Shown piece after piece: positions 8,959 to 17,153 of a DNA stretch of 42,339 bases. The stretch's first letter is position 1; every line of letters starts with the position of its first letter. A program made the position numbers and the translations under genes. This DNA comes from Eubacteriales bacterium (lineage in GTDB: Bacteria; Bacillota; Clostridia; Oscillospirales; CAG-272). Location: contig JAZNPQ010000009.1 in assembly GCA_045589735.1 (NCBI GenBank), positions 1-42,339 of the forward strand, written 5' to 3'. The notes beneath the pieces were generated by a model, which ran no database searches, was not told the origin of the DNA, and saw only the letters and a list, made by a program, of their open reading frames with translations.

Positions 8959-9694
8959 CAAAAATTAATGCCGTCGGTGGGATTGATATGTGGGGCTCTG
9001 CCCCATCCCCCGCCAAAGAAACTTTTTGCAAAAAGTTTCTTTGGAATCTTCAAAAAACTTTAAACAAGGGTTAATTTAAGGTTTTTATTTATCTTTCAAA
9101 GCTTGACCGTGTCAAGCTTTGAGGGTTTATACGGCACTTTACGCGGCAGTGGCCGCCGGATATGCGCTTCGCGCAAATCCTGGAGAGTTTGCGCAAAGCG
9201 CAAACTCTCAGGTCTTACTAAAAGTGAAGTCTGCATCGGCGCCCTGCCTTCTCGCTCCCGCAGTCGCGGCTCAAACGCACGCCATTGCGGCGTTCTCACT
9301 GCGCGACACGAAAGAACAATGTAAATTTTAAAATTTTTGAACAGATAATATCGCTATTATGTCGCGTCGTGAGTGTGTCCGTATGGCAACACACGAGCCG
9401 CGACTGCGATAGCGACAAGTCGGGGTGCCGTGGTGAACCTCACTTTTAGCAAGACCATCAGCCCCGACGTGCTAAATACCGTGCTATCCCTCACCTACCG
9501 CGACCGAGCGGTCGGTGAAAGCTGTATAAATACATAGGATAAATCATTTATTTTTGAAAGTTTTTGAAGATTATTGGGGCGAGATGTTTGCGCTCTGCGC
9601 AAACTCTCCAGGATTTGCGCGAAGCGCATATCCGATTCTTATGTGGGTGTGGGCAACGCCCACGAATCAACCGATCGTTAAATCCCAATTTGTT
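8959..9694. mobile_element. MITE-like hairpin-array element, copy C (736 bp, left terminus degenerate)
   Basis: The right terminus ttaaatcccaatttgtt ends at 9694. The left end is caaaaattaatgccgtcggtg. Outer arms are collinear with copy B, but the core (9259-9408) is inverted relative to B. Confidence 0.7.
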
Positions 9695-9705
9695 AACATA
9701 AAAAA

Positions 9706-9738
9706 GTGGTGAATCAAATGTATTTGACCCACCATATG
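9706..9738 (-). terminator. Intrinsic terminator after the spoVM-like ORF
   Basis: Minus strand: ggtgggtcaaatacatttgattcaccac followed by ttttttat. Confidence 0.65.
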
Positions 9739-9742
9739 CATA

Positions 9743-9832
9743 TCATTTTTTCTTTCTGTCTCCGTCACCGCGCATAAAAAGCCGCAGTATCGGTCGGAAT
9801 ATCCTCGGTGTCTTCCATACAACTATCTTCAT
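9743..9832 (-). CDS. spoVM: SpoVM-like 29-aa peptide
   Basis: MKIVVWKTPRIFRPILRLFMRGDGDRKKK aligns position by position with B. subtilis SpoVM (MKFYTIKLPKFLGGIVRAMLGSFRKD). RBS aaggggg. A terminator follows. Too short to appear in the ORF track. Confidence 0.55.
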   Translation of the reverse strand: MKIVVWKTPRIFRPILRLFMRGDGDRKKK

Positions 9833-9849
9833 AACGGTTCCCCCTTAGA

Positions 9850-10002
9850 TTATTTTTTTATAAGTATTATTCCCGCTGCCAAAAGCACCGCGGATTCTAT
9901 AAATGCTATCACAAATCCGGGAAGTATATACGCGGCAAGTATTCCTCCGCTGAAGCAGAGTGCCGCCGTTCCTATCAATACTCTTATCTTCCTCGCGCAC
10001 AT
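9850..10002 (-). CDS. Small hypothetical membrane protein (50 aa)
   Basis: MCARKIRVLIGTAALCFSGGILAAYILPGFVIAFIESAVLLAAGIILIKK. RBS AGGAGAGGA lies 7 nt upstream. It lies directly upstream of the spoVM-like ORF. It replaces the implausible 69-aa track ORF in another frame. Confidence 0.5.
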   Translation of the reverse strand: MCARKIRVLIGTAALCFSGGILAAYILPGFVIAFIESAVLLAAGIILIKK

Positions 10003-10123
10003 AATATCCTCTCCTTCTTTTATTCTCCTTAAAAGTATATGCCGAAACTAACATTTTGACATATACTTTTTCTTATTCATAAATAATTACGCGATTCTTG
10101 CAGAAAAAAGTTTAAAAAAGTCG

Positions 10124-10152
10124 TTGACAAGTCAACGTTTGCGTGTTATAAT
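10124..10152 (+). promoter_or_regulatory. Consensus sigma-A promoter overlapped by the palindrome CGTTGACAAGTCAACG
   Basis: TTGACA, a 17-nt spacer, then TATAAT. The -35 box sits inside a 16-bp palindrome. The half-site GTTGACAAGT repeats at 10160-10169. Confidence 0.7.
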
Positions 10153-10207
10153 ATGCTATGTTGACAAGTAAAATATATTAACGAAAATATTTAATAAGGA
10201 AAAAATT

Positions 10208-11899
10208 ATGAAAAACTATCCTTTTAATCCCACGTTTGACTATGCAAACGTAAGAGAGCTCGTTGAGGGCTCAGCAAAGCTTTACGGTGAAAAAATCGCC
10301 TTTTCTTTTAAGGCTCATCGCGCAAACAGCGTTACAAAAGTCTCATTCAATAAGCTCCGCGACGACGTTCGCGCCGCCGCAACGGGACTTCACGCAAAGC
10401 AGTTGTCCGGTAAACATATAGCAGTTATCAGCAAAATATCGTATAACTATGCCTGTGCGTATTTTTCGCTTCTTGCGTCGGGCTCGGTCATAGTTCCGCT
10501 CGACCCCGAATGGAGTGCCGCAGACCTTGCCGCAACCGTCGCAAGAGCCGAATGTGAATATGTTTTGTATGAATCTGATATTGCGGAGAAAATCGAAGCA
10601 ATACTCGCATACGACGGCACATCCGCAAAAGCAGCCTTCACTCTTGACGGCGACGGTGAGAATAGCTTTAACGGAATTATTGCTCACGGAAACGAATGCC
10701 TTAAAAACGGAGACAGCTCATATTTTGATTGCAGACTTAAGCCGAATGAGCTTTCCCTGCTCGTTTTCACGTCCGGAACTACAGGAAAAGGCAAGGGCGT
10801 TATGCTCTCGCAGACAAATATCATATCAAACGTACGAAATCTCATCAAGGTTATAACGGTAGGCGACAAAACGATAGCAGCACTTCCGCCTCATCATACA
10901 TTTGGCTCGACCGTAAACTTCCTCGGTCACGTAACTCTTGGGCGTGAGGTGTATCTCTCCGGCGGTCTTAAATACATTCAAAAGGAATTAAAAGAAGAAA
11001 AGCCCACGCACCTCGTACTTGTTCCGCTTTACCTTGAGACCTTCTACAGAAAAATCTGGGCAAACATCAAAAAGGAAGGCAAGGAAGAGCTTGTCAAGAA
11101 GATGATGAAGGCTTCAAACGCAATGCGCAAGGTCGGCGTCGATATGAGACGTACGCTTTTCTCGTCAATTCTCGCGGCATTCGGCGGAGAGGTCAGGCTC
11201 GTTATCTGCGGGGGCGCGCCTATCAGCCGTGAAATACTTGAAGCGTACGACGCATGGGGTATCACGGTACTCAACGGCTACGGCATCACAGAATGCTCCC
11301 CCGTTGTCGCGGTAAACAGAAATCTCGATAACCATCACGGCTCGGTCGGCAACGTCGTTCCCGAGGATAAGGTCATAATCCACAGACCTAACGAGCTTGG
11401 TGAGGGAGAGATTAGAGTCAAAGGTCCTAACGTAATGCTTGGATACTTTAAGGACGAAGAAGCTACAGCCGAGGCGTTCGACAAGAACGGTTACTTCAAA
11501 ACAGGTGACTACGGTAAGCTTGAAAACGATATTCTTACCATCACGGGACGCAAGAAAAATCTCATTATTCTCTCAAATGGTAAAAACGTATATCCCGAAG
11601 AGATCGAGAGCGAGCTGATAGCTGTTCCCGGTGTGCTTGATATCGTGGTATATGAAGGTCAGAGCCGAAGAGGAATCGAGCATAACGCGATAGTCGCTGA
11701 AATATACCCCGACAAAGAATTCCTTGAGAAAAATAATATCACCGACGTCAAGGAATACTTCAGACCGTTTATAAATGAGTATAACAAAAATGCGGTGACA
11801 TATAAAAAGATATCACTCCTCAAGGTACGAAAAGAAGAGTTCCCGAAGAATACGCTCCGTAAAATTATGCGCTTTAAAATAGATATGTCAATAGATTAA
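10208..11899 (+). CDS. AMP-binding long-chain acyl-CoA ligase family protein
   Basis: 563 aa. AMP-binding motif FTSGTTGKGKGVML, plus TGDYG and GRKKN motifs. Confidence 0.8.
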   Translation: MKNYPFNPTFDYANVRELVEGSAKLYGEKIAFSFKAHRANSVTKVSFNKLRDDVRAAATGLHAKQLSGKHIAVISKISYNYACAYFSLLASGSVIVPLDPEWSAADLAATVARAECEYVLYESDIAEKIEAILAYDGTSAKAAFTLDGDGENSFNGIIAHGNECLKNGDSSYFDCRLKPNELSLLVFTSGTTGKGKGVMLSQTNIISNVRNLIKVITVGDKTIAALPPHHTFGSTVNFLGHVTLGREVYLSGGLKYIQKELKEEKPTHLVLVPLYLETFYRKIWANIKKEGKEELVKKMMKASNAMRKVGVDMRRTLFSSILAAFGGEVRLVICGGAPISREILEAYDAWGITVLNGYGITECSPVVAVNRNLDNHHGSVGNVVPEDKVIIHRPNELGEGEIRVKGPNVMLGYFKDEEATAEAFDKNGYFKTGDYGKLENDILTITGRKKNLIILSNGKNVYPEEIESELIAVPGVLDIVVYEGQSRRGIEHNAIVAEIYPDKEFLEKNNITDVKEYFRPFINEYNKNAVTYKKISLLKVRKEEFPKNTLRKIMRFKIDMSID

Positions 11900-11903
11900 T
11901 AAT

Positions 11904-12069
11904 AAGGAGAACTAGCGTGAAAGTTTGTCATGCTGTTGAGAAAAGTTCACGGATCACGCTACCAAATTTAAACTAAAAATGGGGCCCAACCCATTTTTGT
12001 TTGCAAAGCAAACACGCTTAAATTTTATTATTTTTTGTGCCGCCGCATGGCGGCGGAATGGAGATTACA
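11904..12069 (+). repeat. 166-bp structured intergenic repeat, copy 1
   Basis: Homologous along its whole length to the reverse complement of 19231-19397. Runs from aaggaga-tagcgtgaaag to gtgccgccgcatggcggcggaatggagattaca. Contains 3-4 hairpins. Confidence 0.8.
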
Positions 12070-12543
12070 ATGAAACCCGAAAGATACAACGAATTTACAC
12101 TGCTCATTGAAGGAACACATAAGCTCATACAAAAAATAAAGCTCGACCGTTCAAAGGAATTCGGAATAAAGGGCGTTCACGTATTCTGGCTCTGCCGTCT
12201 GCTCGCACAGCCCGAGGGAATGACATCTGCAGAGCTTGCGGCGCAGAGAATGATAGACCGTTCTCTCGTTTCGCGTGAGATAGACGAGCTTCTTGACAAG
12301 GGCTACATACAGGTTGACAAAAAAGCGGTTGGAAAGAGACGAAGCTACAACAGCATTATAACCCTCACACCCGAAGGGATCAAGGTTGCAAAGAAAATAT
12401 CGGGAATGGCTATGGAGATACAGACCGAAGCCAACAAAGGCATACGTGAATCCGAGCTTGTTTCCTTCTACCGCACCCTGACAACGATATACAATAACCT
12501 TTACGACTATTCTGAGCAGTACGAGGAAGAGGTAAACGCATAA
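12070..12543 (+). CDS. MarR family transcriptional regulator
   Basis: Winged-helix region (MTSAELAAQRMIDRSLVSREIDELLDKGYI). Start placed at MKPERY, with GGAG 6 nt upstream. The track ORF starts at a GTG inside a hairpin. Confidence 0.75.
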   Translation: MKPERYNEFTLLIEGTHKLIQKIKLDRSKEFGIKGVHVFWLCRLLAQPEGMTSAELAAQRMIDRSLVSREIDELLDKGYIQVDKKAVGKRRSYNSIITLTPEGIKVAKKISGMAMEIQTEANKGIRESELVSFYRTLTTIYNNLYDYSEQYEEEVNA

Positions 12544-12645
12544 GGAATTATATCGCAAATATTGTTTGATTTTGAGATTAGGATTTAATGTTTTTGATAT
12601 TTATACATCATATTATCATTTTTTGTGATATAATAAATTGGTATG

Positions 12646-12690
12646 CAAAAAGCAACACCGTCAAGTATTATACTTGACGGTGTTGCTTTT
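12646..12690. terminator. Bidirectional terminator between convergent genes
   Basis: aaaaagcaacaccgtcaagta-tta-tacttgacggtgttgcttttt. Confidence 0.75.
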
Positions 12691-12704
12691 TATGTTATAC
12701 AATA

Positions 12705-13643
12705 TCACTCTGCATCAGCGGGTGCTTCGATGCGGTCTGACCAATAATGTCCGATCGCGCTTATGAATTTAAGTGCTTCGGGGCAAAGCTCCTTCGGCAT
12801 TACTCTATATATTCTGAAGGTCTCAAACGACAGCGTTCCTCTGTATCCAATTTCGCGAAGCGCCTCAATAAAGCCTTCCCAATCGCATACAAAGCCTTTA
12901 CCGTTTCCAAGACAAGAATACGGTATCATGTGACAGTCGAATATCGAGTTGTTATCGTGAAGGTGAAGTATAGTCAAGCGTTTACCTATAGTCAGAAGGT
13001 ACTTCTTTACGTTCTTCTTTGTAAGAAGCGCGTGACCGATGTCAAAGCAGAAGCCAAATATCTCCTCGCCCGCTTCTTCGTTAAGCTTATCTATATAACG
13101 GACAGCCTCCTCCGCGTCAGAGCAAGGTCCTTCATAGGTAATTGCGTTCACTGTCTTAAAAAGATTTTCAAGGCAAATTTTGACCTTATACTTCTTTGCA
13201 GCAGGCATAAGCTTTCTGTAAAGCATAAGATTTGTCTCTGTTTCGTCATTTTTGTCATCTCGCCCGACAGGATGCACAACTATAGCGGGACATCCGACGT
13301 ACTCGCACACGGCAAAGCACTTTTCAATAGCCATAATGATATGGTCGTTTATATCTTCTCTGCCCTCGATCCATATCGGGAACGGCGCGTGCATCTGCGA
13401 AAAATGAATTCCGTACTTTTCCGCCGCATTCTTTACTGGTGTAAAGTATTCAAGTATCTCCTCAACGCTCCTGTCAAAAAACGACGTGGGAGCGTCCTCG
13501 CTTTTTGCAAGCGTGCCAACCGGCAGGTAGTGGTCTATGTTGAAATCAACCGCATCAAATCCGCATGATTTAATAAAAGCAAAAGATGCGTCGGGATCTT
13601 CTTTGTTGTACCATCCACTTGACTGTACTCCGACCTTAAGCAT
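12705..13643 (-). CDS. Sugar phosphate isomerase/epimerase (xylose isomerase-like TIM barrel)
   Basis: Family-typical FDIGHA and HLHDN motifs. Start placed at MLKVGVQ, with AAGGAGA 8 nt upstream. The track start lies 21 nt further upstream. Confidence 0.75.
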   Translation of the reverse strand: MLKVGVQSSGWYNKEDPDASFAFIKSCGFDAVDFNIDHYLPVGTLAKSEDAPTSFFDRSVEEILEYFTPVKNAAEKYGIHFSQMHAPFPIWIEGREDINDHIIMAIEKCFAVCEYVGCPAIVVHPVGRDDKNDETETNLMLYRKLMPAAKKYKVKICLENLFKTVNAITYEGPCSDAEEAVRYIDKLNEEAGEEIFGFCFDIGHALLTKKNVKKYLLTIGKRLTILHLHDNNSIFDCHMIPYSCLGNGKGFVCDWEGFIEALREIGYRGTLSFETFRIYRVMPKELCPEALKFISAIGHYWSDRIEAPADAE

Positions 13644-13979
13644 AGTAAAAGTCTCCTTTTTCATAAATTATTTTTACAATTATTTAAGCTTTTGTGTATT
13701 ATACCCCCTAAAAAAGCTATTTGTCAAGTAATTTCTGAACTTTTGTATATGTTTTTTTCAAGTTAAATCCATACGATACTATCCGAAGCCTCCATAGTTT
13801 ACCGTTTTTTTACGATTCGTCGCTAGTATTATCAAAATTGTTATAAATTTTCTCAAATGTGTTATTGAAATCGCAAAAACATTGTGCTATAATGAAGCTA
13901 AATAATCGACCATTGATCACTTCGAACGCACATACAGAACTAAAGAATAGAGAATAGAGAATAGAGAAAGGAGAAAATA

Positions 13980-15878
13980 ATGAAAAATCAAATGTCAAAG
14001 CTTTTAGCTTTTCTGCTCGTATTTGCCACGGTCTTGGTTCCGATGGCTTCTTGCGGAAATGATACACCGGCTGACACAACGTCACAAACGATAGGCTTGG
14101 GTGAAGCGTCCGACAGCGCACCAAGTTCATCTACAGGAAATACAGAACCTTCAACTGTACTGGAGGATCTTTTTGACACTCCTGAAAGCTACACGATATC
14201 GAAGCAGGACTATTCTCTCAACGTTGAGATATCAAGATCGCAGAAATCCAAGTCGGGGGCTCTCGATATAGAAAAAGCACAATATCTTTCTATGTATATC
14301 TCGGATAAGCTCGGCGTATCTCCTGCTCTTACGACAGACTTCATGAAGGTAGAAGATTCCGAAAAATTTGAGATAATAGTCGGCGCGACCGACCATCCCG
14401 AGACCGATGCGCTTCTCACTTCAATGTCGTACGGTGACTATGCTGTACGCGGCATCGGAAACAAGATAATCGTTATGGCGTTTAGTGAGGAAGGCTATGA
14501 AAAGGCTGTAACCCACCTTATCACCGCTATAAACAACGGTCTTAACAAAAAAGATAAGACTATAACCCTTAACACCGCCGAATTAAATATAACCGAATCA
14601 TGCCATAAGCAGCTCGCTGCCCTTCCACGTTACGAAGGCGGAAGGTTCTTTGCGTCGTATGACGCGGGGCGTGTTACGGCATCAACCGACTGCGACCAGA
14701 TAATAGTAAGCTCTACCAACGCGACCGAATACGCAGAGTATCTTACAAAGCTTGAAGCAAACGGATATACAAAGTATACCTCGACTGAAATGGGAAGTAA
14801 TAAGTTTGCTATGTACACAAACGCTTCTTATACCGTAAACGTAGGTTATTATCCAAGTGCGAACGAAGCAAGAATACTTATCGAGCCGAAGGGCGCGCTT
14901 CCGACACGTGAGGAGGATAATAACACTGCTCAAAAGACCACCTCACAAATAACGATGCTCGGAGGTCAAGCCGATGAGAAAGGCAACTCGCTCGGTGTAC
15001 TTATACGCCTCGAGGACGGACGTTTTATCGTTATCGACGGAGGCAACGGTGGAAAAACCATTGTCGGAAACTTTATAAAAACAATAAAGAATCAATCCTT
15101 AACCGAAAAGCCTGTGATCGCCGCGTGGATAATAACGCACACGCACGGCGACCATACAAGACTGCTCTATGACGGCTACGAGGATATTAAAAATGCAGGC
15201 ATAACCGTGGAAAGCATAATAACCAACGAGCTGTCAAGATTCGAGGTTGACAGAGCTATAGCTTACGACATATCCGCCAATCAGCCCAACATATATGAAT
15301 TTCCCGAAGCTGATTACGGATACGCTATTAAAAAAATAATTGAAGAAATCGCCCCTTCTCTCGGAGCTGATCTTTACAAGCCTCACATAGGTCAGGTCTT
15401 CAATATCTCTAACTGTAAGATCGAGGTTTTGTATACTCTCGAAGGCTATGCCCCTAATATATGTAACACACAAAACACCACATCTGTGGTTATGAAAATG
15501 ACATTCACCGACAGTGCGAGCGGCAAGGTTACCACATTCCTCAGTACAGGTGACGCAACCGGATTTGCAATGAAGGTCACGACCGATTTCTTCGGAGACT
15601 ACCTAAAAGCCGATATTCTGACTGTAGCTCATCACGGTGCTATGACATGGGGTGACGATGCAGCGATGGTAGCGGCCTACAAAAAGATAAACGCCGCGCT
15701 TCTGCTCTGGCCGACAGATGAAAGATATTACGACGCCTCTACGGTTGCAACACAAAACAAACCGCTTTTCAGCAACCCGGGCTTTAAAGAGAGTTATCTT
15801 ATGGGTAAGATCGGCGAAGGCGTTATAATACCCCTTCCATACACGGTTGGAAACGTACGAACCGGCAAACTGTTTTGA
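13980..15878 (+). CDS. Lipoprotein with a C-terminal metallo-beta-lactamase fold domain
   Basis: 632 aa. Lipobox PMASC. HxHxDH motif ITHTHGDHT. Confidence 0.7.
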   Translation: MKNQMSKLLAFLLVFATVLVPMASCGNDTPADTTSQTIGLGEASDSAPSSSTGNTEPSTVLEDLFDTPESYTISKQDYSLNVEISRSQKSKSGALDIEKAQYLSMYISDKLGVSPALTTDFMKVEDSEKFEIIVGATDHPETDALLTSMSYGDYAVRGIGNKIIVMAFSEEGYEKAVTHLITAINNGLNKKDKTITLNTAELNITESCHKQLAALPRYEGGRFFASYDAGRVTASTDCDQIIVSSTNATEYAEYLTKLEANGYTKYTSTEMGSNKFAMYTNASYTVNVGYYPSANEARILIEPKGALPTREEDNNTAQKTTSQITMLGGQADEKGNSLGVLIRLEDGRFIVIDGGNGGKTIVGNFIKTIKNQSLTEKPVIAAWIITHTHGDHTRLLYDGYEDIKNAGITVESIITNELSRFEVDRAIAYDISANQPNIYEFPEADYGYAIKKIIEEIAPSLGADLYKPHIGQVFNISNCKIEVLYTLEGYAPNICNTQNTTSVVMKMTFTDSASGKVTTFLSTGDATGFAMKVTTDFFGDYLKADILTVAHHGAMTWGDDAAMVAAYKKINAALLLWPTDERYYDASTVATQNKPLFSNPGFKESYLMGKIGEGVIIPLPYTVGNVRTGKLF

Positions 15879-15976
15879 AATAATTGACGCTATCCGTACG
15901 GTATATTTGATTCCTAATGAATTGCGCCCTAAGATGCGTTAATATAATTTTTCAATTCTCTCTCTTGAAAACAGAT

Positions 15977-16016
15977 AAATAGGGTGAGTCAAATGCATTT
16001 TTGACTCACCCTATTT
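15977..16016 (+). terminator. Intrinsic terminator
   Basis: aaatagggtgagtcaa-atgcattt-ttgactcaccctattt. Confidence 0.7.
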
Positions 16017-16226
16017 ATAAAAAAGTTATAAAATTCGTTATAAAATCCGTCAAATACGTTATTGATTTTTCGGATATTTTATGGTAGAATAAGCTTACAA
16101 AACCATTAAATGCCGTAGGCGGCCGATCACTTACCGAGATTTGTGTGTCCTTTATATGTTTTCTTGGGTTCTCATGAGTACAAAAGAATCGCCGCCAAAC
16201 CGTGCAAATATATTGAGGTGAAGCAA

Positions 16227-17084
16227 ATGGCAGAAACAAGAAAAATAAGAATTGTAGCAGATTCGTCAGCCGACGTGCTTTCTTTAAACGGAATGGACTA
16301 CAGCGTCGCTCCGCTTAAAATAATAAGCTCCGATCAGGAATTTACTGACGATGCCTCGCTTGACATTGAATCAATGGTAAACTATTTTGATAGCTACAAA
16401 GGCAAATCAAAGACCTCCTGCCCGAACGTTTCCGACTGGATCGACGCCTTTGGAGACGCCGATGACGTTATCTGCGTTACTATAACGAGTGCCCTTTCGG
16501 GAAGCTATAATTCGGCTTGCAACGCAAAGCAGATATACGAATCCGAGCATGAGGGCAGACGCGTTTGTATTATAGATTCGCTTTCCGCGGGTCCGGAGCT
16601 TCGCTTGCTTATAGAAAAGCTCGGAGAATACGTAAAAAAAGGTCTTGATTACGAGGAAATCTCTGCCAAAGCAAAAAGATATCTCGGTCAGACAGGACTT
16701 ATCTTTATGCTCAAATCAATGAAAAACCTTGCAAATAACGGCAGAGTATCTAAGGCGAGCGCAAGGATAGCGGGATTCCTCGGAGTTCACGTTATCGGAA
16801 AGGCAAGCGACCACGGCACACTTGAACCGACAGACAAATGTCTTGGCGAGGAAAATGCGCTCAAAAAGCTGGTTTCAAGACTCAGCGAGCTTGGTTTTTC
16901 GGGTGGAAAGGTCAGAATATCGCACAGCCTTAACGAGCGCGCCGCAATGCTTCTCGAAAAGCTTATATTCGAAAAATTTTCGTCCGCTCAAATAGAGATA
17001 TATAAATGCCGCGGGCTTTGCAGCTTCTATGCAGAAAAAGGCGGGATGCTCATAGGCTTTGAAAAAAGCACTGTGTTAGCTTGA
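16227..17084 (+). CDS. DegV family fatty-acid-binding protein
   Basis: Starts MAETRKIRIVADSSADV, a DegV-type N-terminus. RBS gaggtg. Confidence 0.75.
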   Translation: MAETRKIRIVADSSADVLSLNGMDYSVAPLKIISSDQEFTDDASLDIESMVNYFDSYKGKSKTSCPNVSDWIDAFGDADDVICVTITSALSGSYNSACNAKQIYESEHEGRRVCIIDSLSAGPELRLLIEKLGEYVKKGLDYEEISAKAKRYLGQTGLIFMLKSMKNLANNGRVSKASARIAGFLGVHVIGKASDHGTLEPTDKCLGEENALKKLVSRLSELGFSGGKVRISHSLNERAAMLLEKLIFEKFSSAQIEIYKCRGLCSFYAEKGGMLIGFEKSTVLA

Positions 17085-17153
17085 TGTTTTACAAATAAAT
17101 TTAAATTTTAAAATATTTTTGCCACCTCTGTAGTGGAGAAATGGAGATTGATT

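Noticed and set aside
9096-9331. Three overlapping 67-73-aa ORFs inside element copy C
   Set aside because: Same reasoning: overlapping frames on both strands of a hairpin-rich repeat, Arg/Ala-rich translations and no start context.
9845-10054. 69-aa track ORF
   Set aside because: The translation looks non-coding (Arg/Gly-rich, no RBS). A different frame on the same strand gives a 50-aa membrane protein with a proper RBS.
11916-11975. Short ORF starting at the GTG after aaggaga inside the 166-bp repeat (possible micro-peptide or toxin)
   Set aside because: A 1-nt indel between the two copies changes the frame. The encoded peptides (MKVCHAVEKSS.. versus MKDYHTVCEIH..) and their lengths are not conserved.
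12747-13568. 273-aa ORF on the plus strand
   Set aside because: It is antisense to the well-supported TIM-barrel isomerase gene. The translation is low-complexity and Lys/Arg-rich.
13944-13967. (AGAATAG)3 microsatellite just upstream of the MBL-lipoprotein RBS
   Set aside because: Three short units in a 5' UTR are too small to interpret. It is possibly slippage-prone, but nothing supports phase variation.
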